A stretch of 64,000 nt of DNA, taken from Octopus vulgaris. Its lineage: Eukaryota. The DNA lies in NCBI GenBank assembly GCA_951406725.2, contig OX597821.1, positions 95,294,001 to 95,358,000 on the forward strand. The letters are read 5' to 3'. Below, in pieces: positions 54,760-64,000 of this stretch. The notes under the pieces are model-generated. The model did not search any database. It was not told where the DNA came from and saw only the letters and a program-made list of their open reading frames with translations. A program made the translations under genes and the position numbers. Positions within the stretch are counted from its first letter, which is position 1. Each line of letters opens with the position of its first letter.

Positions 54760-55215
54760 AAAAAAGGGAAATGCTGGCGAATGTGCTTTGTTTGATGAAA
54801 AATGGACTGAGCTTTATTTTTTTAGTGAAATAGATAACAAGTGCATTTGTCTTATTTGCAATGAACAAGTAGTCGTTCATAAAAAAATATAATATTGAGA
54901 GGTATTTTGTGAGCAAGCATAAGACCTATGAAAATTTGAAAGAATCTGAACGTTTATACAAGATAGTCTCCTTGAAAGGAAATCTGACCAAAAGACAAGC
55001 TTTTTTTAAAAGGACGATTCTTGAAAGTGAATCAGTAACTCGAGCTAGTTATGCTGTTTGCGAAAATATTGCTAAAATATTCAAACCACATAACGATGGT
55101 GAATTCGTGAAAGAATGTATCCTTACTGCTGTTGATAATATATATATATACAGAAAAACTCTGTTTGGAAATATTAGTTTATCAAGAAGAAAAGTTTCTG
55201 ATCGTATTAAAGGTA
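54760..55215 (+). mobile_element. hAT (Buster/SPIN, GTF2IRD2-like) transposase N-terminal fragment
   Basis: FDEKWTELYFF..KCICLICNEQV..(frameshift)YNIERYF..KH..RASYAVCENIAK..KPHNDGEFVKECI..FGNISLSRRKVSDRI. Confidence 0.85.
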
Positions 55216-55799
55216 TATATAAATCAAAGGATGTCTGTGCGTATGTCTGAGTGTGTAATATGTATGCATTTCTACAGTTTTCAACCGATTTTCACCAGGC
55301 TTTACACACACATTACTAATGCACAAAGGATAGTCATGCACTATGATTTTTCCTCAGAGTTCCTACGTAAAGCGAGAAATCGGGGGGAAAAGGTGTTTTA
55401 CACAGTTTTTCTCCATAAACTGCAGTTTTCAACCGATTCTCTCCCTTTTCTGCTTCTCTTGCTTACATATATTTTCTCTCATCTTCTGTAATAGTTCTTC
55501 TATTTTAGTCTGTCTTCTTTCTTTCTTTCTTTCTTTCTTTCTTTTGTTCTTTCGTTCTTTATTTCTTTCCTTTCTTCCTCCCTCCCTTCCTTCCTTCCTT
55601 CCTTCCTTCCTTCCTTTCTCCCTTCCTCTTTGTTTCTTTCTTTCTCCTCCCCTCTTTCTCTCTTTCTTTCTCCCCTCTCTCTTTCTGTTCGACTAAAGGC
55701 GGTGCTCCAACATGGCCGCAATCAAATGACTGAAACAAAAGTAAAAGAATAAAAAGCTATGCCATTTTAATCCTGAGCAACGCCAGGTATCTCTGCTGG
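55215..55799 (+). mobile_element. Non-autonomous Helitron-like element truncating the hAT fragment (contains a SINE tail and CT-rich tract)
   Basis: 5' TATATAAA..GATGTCTGTG; 3' CCTGAGCAACGCCAGG hairpin followed by CTGG|T. Confidence 0.55.
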
Positions 55800-56228
55800 T
55801 ATGATATAATATACAGAAATATTATTGATTTTTAAATATCTAACCCACATGCTATTATTAACATTAGGTCAATTCTCTTAATATTTAATGCGACACACTA
55901 TTTTGGTAACTTAAAAACAGGCCCATGCATGCATTCATTTCTCTTTATCACAATTTCCAACCGGACTTCAAATCCATCGTCATAAACTTAATTCCTGACG
56001 TGTTTGTTCTCAACACGATGCTTTTTTAAAAAAATTTTCTTTTATATAAAAACCTCTAGGGTTTAACTTTTTGTCTGTCCAAAGCATTTTCATAAGTTTG
56101 TCCCAAACACACATGCTTGTTTTCAGACATTTTGTGTAGTCCTTGCTTTAAGTATTCTGAGTAATATAAAGCTTTCCTTCCAAAAGCCTCAAGTTATTCT
56201 GGTGATGGACACAAATGGGGAATGTATA

Positions 56229-57129
56229 TCTATATATATAAAACTGTAGTTGTGTGAGTGTCTGCCCCCTTCGATTTAGATTCCTAACTACTCCCGCATT
56301 TTGCGGTGCAGTTTAACCAAATTCGGGTATCTTATAGTCGTGATTCATATCGAGCCCGTCTGACTATTAGCGCGCGTCAACGATGAGTCTACGATTTTAA
56401 AAATAATTTAACATCATTTTTTATTCCATTTTAATGCATAAAATGCATCGTGTGTCGATGGCGGCGGAGTTGGCGTCCACGCTCACAGCTGCACCTGTTT
56501 GCTTCTCCCCCTTCCCTCCCTCGTGAAGCTGTGGGGAAGGGAGTGTAAAGAAATCAACGTCGTAATGCGTTGTGAAGGAAACCAGCGTTCTTTTAGAACA
56601 ACGACTTCATGGCTTGAAGACACCAAAACAAAAATGGCCAAGAAAGCCCGAATTTATAAGGGAAGTAACTCTCTAAAAATGCTTATATAGTTATTTCCCT
56701 TACAAACCCGAGCAACGCCAGGCGATACTGCTAGTCTAATATATAAAAGTGAGGTTGTGTGGTGTCTGTCTCCTACGATTTAGATTCCTAACTACTCCCA
56801 CATTTTGCGGTGCAGTTTAACCAAAAGCGGGTATCTTATAGTCGTGATTCATATCGAGCCCTTCTGGGTATTGGCGCGCGTCTACGATGAGTCTACGATT
56901 TAAAAAAAAAATTTACCATCATTTTTTCCCATTTTTAATGCATTTTTGGCATATATAAGGGAAGTAACTCTCTAAAAATGTATTATTAAATCTCAGAACG
57001 TAAAAAGCTACAGAAACCCTCCCCTTTGTGGTTAGCCATATTGAGATGGCTATTATACTTTACATCTCTAAAAATGCTTATATAGTTATTTCCCTTACAA
57101 ACCCGAGCAACGCTGGGCGATACTGCTAG
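56229..57129 (+). mobile_element. Two head-to-tail non-autonomous Helitrons (56229-56734 and 56735-57129)
   Basis: A|TC start; each ends CCCGAGCAACGC..GGCGATACTGCTAG; junction CTAG|TC; final CTAG|T; no TSD. Confidence 0.88.
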
Positions 57130-57441
57130 TATTATATAATGTACTTTCTGGAGTTATTACTTTATTTGCCCAACTTTCCGCATTTTTAAACTGTCTGCTC
57201 AATCTCCTGTGATGCGTTGGTGTCCACTGACATCTGAAGAACCTAAACAAACCCTGACGTCACACCTATGTCTGTAGTGTAAGTGCTATAAATAACGACA
57301 TCGGTACTGTAATGAATGCAGAATACAGTTACGTATATCATATATAACTCATGAAATATTTTGTGTATTACAAAAGATGTGTTTCGTATGTGTCAGAGCT
57401 TTTTATGTATTCGCACCCCTTAACTTTAGAACCTGGCCACG

Positions 57442-57533
<92 letters not shown>

Positions 57534-57935
57534 GTGTGTGTGTGTATGTATATATGTATGTATGCATGTAGATCTATATATATGTATGTGTGTAATGTAT
57601 ATATGTATATATATGGTTACACACACACACACACACTCATATATATATATATATATAATTTCCCTACTGGGAATGACCAAGTTTTAAAATCTGCTGGATC
57701 TCACTCATAAGGGAATATTACATTGCTTATAAACCCTATATTTGGAAGGACTCATACTAAACTCTATTGGATTTTACTCAAAGGATATTGGAATATTGCA
57801 TATACACCATTATGCCTATAAAACGGATTTAAAAATTCAATACTCATACATATCTTACATCTATTTTCTTTCCTCCACCTCACTCTCTATTTTGTATCAC
57901 ATCGAAACTATGATTTTTATTTTTCCTCTCACACC

Positions 57936-57987
57936 GTCTCCGATGAAGGGATATTATTGATTAATATCCTAGAAACAGCTGTAACAC
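57936..57987 (+). ncRNA. Type I hammerhead-like motif (CCGA core)
   Basis: GTCT-CCGATGA-AG-GGATATTA-TTGAT-TAATATCC-TA-GAAAC-AGCT-GTA-ACAC. Confidence 0.6.
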
Positions 57988-58182
57988 CTTCTATCTATAA
58001 ATGCTCTAATATCTATACAGCCTTTATCTTATTACGCAATACATTCTTATATACACACGGTGACATAGAACCAACGTCGAACCCTTTATTCGCAATATTA
58101 CCGAATCTGGAACTTAACTATGGTCTGTCTATAGCACTTATTCAGCATTACCTGACACCTTTGGGTCTCAATGAAACCATTA

Positions 58183-58230
<48 letters not shown>

Positions 58231-58297
58231 TTTTAAAATTTCTCAACGAGAGACATTCAGTAACAGTACTTTAAAGTAAAAATTATTTGCCTAAATC

Positions 58298-58665
58298 ATG
58301 TGGTAGTCCCTGTTGGGGCGAATGTTGCTGTTATTTAGTTCCAGGAAACATCGTCTCCAGCTGCTATACGACATACAATCTGTGTCCTTATATTTTCGAA
58401 CAGGCGAGTTTAGCATTTCCATTCAGCACAGAGCAATATCTATAAACCACGGTTTCTGGGTTATTTCTTTTCCTCGGCACAGAATATATATAATTTTATA
58501 TATAAAAATATATATAATTTTCAGATATTGTTCTGTGCCGGGTGGGGGTGCTAAACTCCCCTGTTCGAAAATATAAGGAAACATTGTGTGTCGTATAGCT
58601 AGCTGGAGACGATATTTCCTGGGACTAAATAACAGTAACATTCGTCCCAACTGGGACTGCCACAT
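58298..58665. mobile_element. MITE/fold-back with ~145-bp TIRs
   Basis: ATGTGGTAGTCCCTGTTGGGGCGAATGTTGCTGTTATTTAG versus CTAAATAACAGTAACATTCGTCCCAACTGGGACTGCCACAT. Confidence 0.85.
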
Positions 58666-58776
58666 TATGTTGGCAAATTTATGGATGGATGTATAGGAAT
58701 AAATGTAAGGATAAGCAAGTTAGTCAAGTCGATATACAAAGAATATTGAATACATTTGATACAGAAAATGATCTCA

Positions 58777-59060
58777 AAGGAAAGATATTCCCAGCACTTG
58801 CATTCATTTAGATCCAGGGATAGAAAGAACTTCACTTCCCTGTCGCACTTTCTCTGGAGACTTCGTGACGTCCGAGACAAAACACTCAGCATCAATTGAA
58901 CTATTATCGAAAGGGCGCCACGATAATCATCCGGGGCCCCTAATTGCCAGCTGTGCCTCCGCGAAAAACTGCATATCATCTACCAGCCACCTGCAGTATC
59001 CATCAACAAGAAATATGAGGTAGCGCATTGCTGTCACTAGAGGTACACCCTTCTGGTAAA
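58777..59060 (+). mobile_element. Second Naiad-like PLE: GIY-YIG C-terminal relic
   Basis: KERYSQHLHSFR..TSLSHFLWRLRD..SIN*TIIERAPR*SSGAPNCQLCLREKLHII..INKKYE..CCH aligns by eye with the 47620-47900 endonuclease end. Confidence 0.75.
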
Positions 59061-59344
59061 TTTATAGCCACTGGCAGCCGAAATCCCGGTTATACCTCCT
59101 TACTACCAGCTATTCTTAGCACCGCCTGCAGCAAGGCCACCGTCGCAAATTAACCCCCATGAACAGCACCGCAAATCCCCAATCCCCAACATTTCTCCAT
59201 GCCTGTCTACCCGCATACTCTGATCCCTTGTACATCACCCCTTGTGCATAACCACGCGAGAATATGTGTGCATTCACATAGGCGTGCGCGTCCATATACA
59301 TGGGCATCTGTGCATGTGCATGTATGTACACGTGCACAGTGCGA

Positions 59345-59683
59345 AAGATCCCGACATCGCCATCAAAATACAGGACCAGATATTGCAACAGCTTGGGCTT
59401 CAAGGGCCCACAGCTTTTCAATATCCTTCCTAAATACCCGACGGCCCTGCATGGTGTGAATATAAGTTTCTTTAAAACAAAACTGGATCTCTTCCTGTCA
59501 AGGGTTCCAGAAGAGTCTTACCTCAAGGCAGGAAACACAGATGAGGACAGCGGCATCAGACCCTCTCATTGATCAAACGCCACATATCAGAGGAGGTTTC
59601 AAATAATGGTGTAGCTCAGTCAACAGTGGTGCCCCAGCATGACCGCAGCTTTGAAGCTGAAACATTTTAAAGAATTAAAGAAT
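59345..59683 (+). mobile_element. CR1-type LINE 3' fragment with 3' UTR
   Basis: RTRYCNSLGFKGPQLFNILPK..FKTKLDLFLSRVPEE; ends GGTGCCCCAGCATGACCGCAG..CTGAAAC..(TAAAGAAT)n. Confidence 0.8.
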
Positions 59684-59704
59684 GCATATACATACATACA
59701 TACA

Positions 59705-59735
<31 letters not shown>

Positions 59736-60138
59736 GTATGCGCATATATATATGTATGTATATATATATATACACACACACACATATATATGTATGTATA
59801 TATATATACACACACACACACATATATATATATCGAGACTTATCGAGACCGACCAGGCTATCAGATGTTGCTACACATCGCTGGTCACAATGCTCTTCGC
59901 ATTGTTTTAGTCTTCAAATGACGCCACCCCATTGGCTAAGCGAGCAGGCCAACAGAAGAAAGAGTGAGAGAAAGTTGTAGCGAAAGAGTACAGCAGGGAC
60001 CGCCACCACCCCCTGCCGGAGCCTCGTGGAGCTTTAGGTGTTTTCGCTCAATAAACACTCACAACGCCCGGTCTGGGAATCGAAACCGCAATCCTACGAC
60101 CGCGAGTCCGCTGCCCTGACCACTGAGCCATTGCGCCT

Positions 60139-60345
<207 letters not shown>

Positions 60346-60361
60346 CATATATATATATATA

Positions 60362-61563
60362 CATATATTGAAAAAACTATCCAACATTGGTGTCTCTGGA
60401 AAGTTACTGAAATGGATCAAGTGTTTCCTGACAGACAGATCTCAACATGTTGTAGTTGAAGGGGTAAAATCAAGCCCAGCCAAAGTCAGTAGTAGCGTTC
60501 CGCAAGGCACTGTGCTGGGCCCACTTCTTTTCATCATCTACATTAATGACATTAATGACATCATCAAGCACAGCAACATAAAAATCTTTGCAGATGATTC
60601 CAAGCTACAGAAGGTCATAAATGAGGCGAGTGACCGGACATGCCTTCAATCAGATCTACTGGCTGTTATCCAATGGGCAGAAAAAAACAATATGCTGCTG
60701 AACGAGGATAAATTTGAGTTAATCCACTTTGGAAAAGAGGATGCCCTGAAACTCCCATACTCCCTTCCTTCAGGTGAAACTCTCGTGGCGTCCAACAACA
60801 TCAGAGACTTGGGAGTAATTGTGGACAACAACGTAAGCTGGGCCACTCATATAAACACCAAAGTTGACATGGCCCGCAGAATGTGTTCCTGGATTCTCAG
60901 AACTTTCCAGTCGAGAGATATCCACACCATTATCCTTCTCTTCTCCACTTTTGCCCGACCCCACCTTGAATACTGTTGTCCACTGTGGTCTCCCCACACA
61001 ATACAAAGTATCATAAAAGTTGAAGCACCTCAAAGGGCAATCACAAAAAAGATAGATGGCATGACAGGCCTCGACTATTGGGGTCGACTAGAAAAGCTAA
61101 AACTTTATTCTCTCCAACGTCGTCGTGAGCGCTACATCATCTGCATGATGTGGAAAATATTCCATCAGCTTTGCCCAAATGATGTTGGCATCACCTTTAA
61201 GGTACATCCAAGGCTTGGGCCCCGTGCCATCCGCCCAAAACAAAAATCGCACTCTCATCTCATAACAACAATACGGCACAATTATTTCACCTCAATTGGC
61301 CCCGCTCTCTTTAACATTACACCAAAACACATTAAAACAGAAACTGACCCTATAGGGTTCAAGAAGTCTTTGGACAGATTCCTTCAAGAAATCCCGGATA
61401 AACCCCCTACACCCGGATATGTCTCTGTAAACAATAACTCTCTACTTGAGTGGGCCATAGTGCCCAAATTCTGACTTGAAAGACTTCACCAGGTGGTGCT
61501 ATTGAGTTAGACATGGCCTGGGCCAATAATGGCCGAAACCTATCAAAGTATCAAAGTATCAAA

Positions 61564-61566
<3 letters not shown>
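60362..61566 (+). mobile_element. 5'-truncated CR1-type LINE with uninterrupted RT C-terminal ORF (stop at 61474)
   Basis: [43 protein letters not shown]; 3' stem-loop GGCC-AATAAT-GGCC and (TATCAAAG)3 tail; flanked by (TA)n. Confidence 0.93.
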
Positions 61567-61650
<84 letters not shown>

Positions 61651-61721
61651 GGTCCCGGGTTGAGTCGGGGTTAACCACAGTAAATAAGGTACTCAATACA
61701 TAGTAGAGTAAAGTAATTTAT

Positions 61722-61822
61722 TTTATAGAAGGAGCTTCTACAGGACTAGAACTGTTTCATTCAGATGAAATCTTCAGGAAGCCAGCTTCCTGAAACAGTT
61801 CTAGTCCTGTAGAAGCTCCTTC

Positions 61823-61828
<6 letters not shown>
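61722..61828. repeat. Perfect 38-bp inverted repeat overlapping a minus-strand hammerhead-like core
   Basis: Arms 61722-61759 / 61791-61828; minus strand CTGAAGA-TTTCA-TC-TGAAT-GAAACAGTTC. Confidence 0.8.
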
Positions 61829-61873
<45 letters not shown>

Positions 61874-62306
61874 TTCAGGTTTAGCCCCTGAGTTTAGCCT
61901 GTTAAGTCCATCCATGTGTATGGACTATAAGACAGATAGTAATCTGAAGATTGTCTATTTTATCAAATACTTGTATGAAAATACACACATATATCCTCAG
62001 GGTTTTACAGTTATAAACAAGAAAAATGGAGTGATGAAGTCCTTTTATTATAATTGTTTCAACTGAATTCGATCTCATGAATATTACGATATAAGGCAAC
62101 CATATATACGACCATTAATTCATGAGGTGTCATTGTAAAGACACATACCAAGTGCAACTCTTCAGAATTATGTATAAAAATCATTTGCAAATAATTTTCA
62201 GACGTGTTTTGTTAAAACGAGAGAAATCTCCGAATTACGGTCTGTCTGATAGCCTGTACCGGTGGATGAACTTAACTGGAAAACTCCAGAGTTAAAACCC
62301 AATGTA

Positions 62307-62370
<64 letters not shown>

Positions 62371-62657
62371 TAATCCAAACAAGAAAGCACAAAAAAAAAC
62401 ACAACAACGCGAGGACGTGGAACAAATATAGTATTATTGGACGCTCAGGAAAGAAGGAAGGTTTAACGTTTCGAGCGGAGTTCTTCGTCGGAAACATAGA
62501 AGGAAAGATCCAGAGAAGGGAAGACAGAGGAAAAAAAATCGCCAACGGTACACACGGTGTCACACAGCATGAAAACGAGGCATATAACGTACATATGATA
62601 TGATATAACAGAAAATAAATGCAAACTGTTTTTACTTCAAATTCCAATTTTTTAATT

Positions 62658-62700
62658 AATATTTGATAAGATGAAAATCATCATTGAAACCGGTAATATT
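62658..62700 (+). ncRNA. Type I hammerhead-like motif, U3-A8 core variant
   Basis: AATAT-TTGATAA-GATGA-AAATCA-TCATT-GAAAC-CG-GTA-ATATT: 5-bp stem I, 5-bp stem II, palindromic stem III. Confidence 0.65.
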
Positions 62701-62815
62701 TTCTATTTTTTATTTACAGAAAATTATTTTAAAAACTCATTTTATTAATTTCTTCCTAAATTAAAATGTCTTAAATTTACTTCTCTGCTGTTTCCACCTC
62801 CATAACACACACATA

Positions 62816-62884
<69 letters not shown>

Positions 62885-62890
62885 ATATAT

Positions 62891-63057
<167 letters not shown>

Positions 63058-63343
63058 CAATAGAGGCACATATATGAACAACATAGAAGAATACCGGTAA
63101 ATCAAATACTATGCAACATAAATTCTTGATTCATTAAAATTATCACCACTTCTAGAGGTTGTATGACTATTAGGAAACACCAATTAAAACTAGATCCATA
63201 TTAGAAGGGCTACTAATCGCAAGAATGAAGACTTCTTCAAAATTATAGAGGCGGAGAGATTATTTTAAGAATTTATACTGTATGGTATTTGATATACATG
63301 TATTTGTCTATGCTGTGTATTTGTGAATATATATCTTCTCTCT

Positions 63344-63397
<54 letters not shown>

Positions 63398-63433
63398 GAA
63401 AGAATGGACTCGAACGAAGATGTTAACAAAATT

Positions 63434-63526
63434 CCTTTACTCACGACATATGTTTCGAAGACCACGTGGTTTCATTCCAAAGGAATAAAGGGTGTATGAT
63501 GCAATCTTCTCATCAGAAAAGAAAGG
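63434..63526 (-). ncRNA. Type I hammerhead ribozyme motif with canonical core and long stem II
   Basis: Minus strand: CCTTTCTTTT-CTGATGA-GAAGA-(43 nt)-TCTTC-GAAAC-ATAT-GTC-GTGAGTAAAGG. Confidence 0.7.
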
Positions 63527-63564
63527 GAGCCTCTCTCGGCAACAAGACAAACAAAAATTTCGAT

Positions 63565-63620
63565 GACTGCCTACATGGTAAACAAAACGACAATTCGTTT
63601 TGTTTACCATGTAGGCAGTC
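63565..63620. repeat. Perfect 26-bp hairpin with 4-nt loop
   Basis: GACTGCCTACATGGTAAACAAAACGA-CAAT-TCGTTTTGTTTACCATGTAGGCAGTC. Confidence 0.95.
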
Positions 63621-64000
63621 GTGCACATACACAAGAGACATGTCCTTGACATTTCATGCTTTCAGTAGAATTCTTTGTTAGCTCTAACGAGTCACTACAC
63701 GTTCTATACAATGTCCAAACTTGCTTCATTGTTAGAGAGCAAGCAATGAGTCGAAACTAATTTGCTATATAACTGACAAAATTGGGAAGAACTAGATTGC
63801 TATTGTTATTGTTGCTTTTATTGAGAATTCAGGTTAGTTCAAGTTAAGCAGTAAGTAGTTAGGCAATCGACGGCAAGTAAAGCAATTCATTGAGCTTCCG
63901 TTCAACGGAGAAACTTGCTGCTCAATCCATCTACTACTGATTGTTGTTGCTTAGCTCAAAGTCAGTACTGATCAAGCAAATGTACGAGCAAAGCCATGTA

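Noticed and set aside
63437-63652. FFSDEK motif suggesting a mariner transposase
   Set aside because: It is the translation of the hammerhead core TTTTCTGATGAGAAG; no other transposase motifs.

Overview
AT-rich, repeat-saturated animal genomic DNA. The SINE/LINE repertoire and huge (TA)n/(TG)n tracts suggest an octopus; this is an inference. The only host gene I can support is a complete 4-coding-exon deoxyhypusine hydroxylase (DOHH; + strand, 2252-33405, 310 aa, all four HE iron-binding motifs, canonical GT-AG introns of 18.6, 5.7 and 5.9 kb). The rest is transposon-derived: tRNA-derived SINEs, RTE and CR1-type LINE fragments, a DD37D-type Tc1/mariner relic, a hAT transposase fragment, several MITEs, non-autonomous Helitrons, a 28S rRNA fragment fused to a retro-tail, and three Penelope-like (PLE) ORF remnants. 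The most striking signal is about a dozen type I hammerhead-ribozyme-like motifs, found by eye. They have palindromic minimal stem III, CUGA/CCGA/UUGA core variants, and some have very long stem II inserts. They occur in PLE pseudo-LTRs, in small fold-back elements sitting in (TA)n tracts, and once behind a tRNA-like head. Nearly all ORFs in the supplied track are microsatellite or repeat artefacts.
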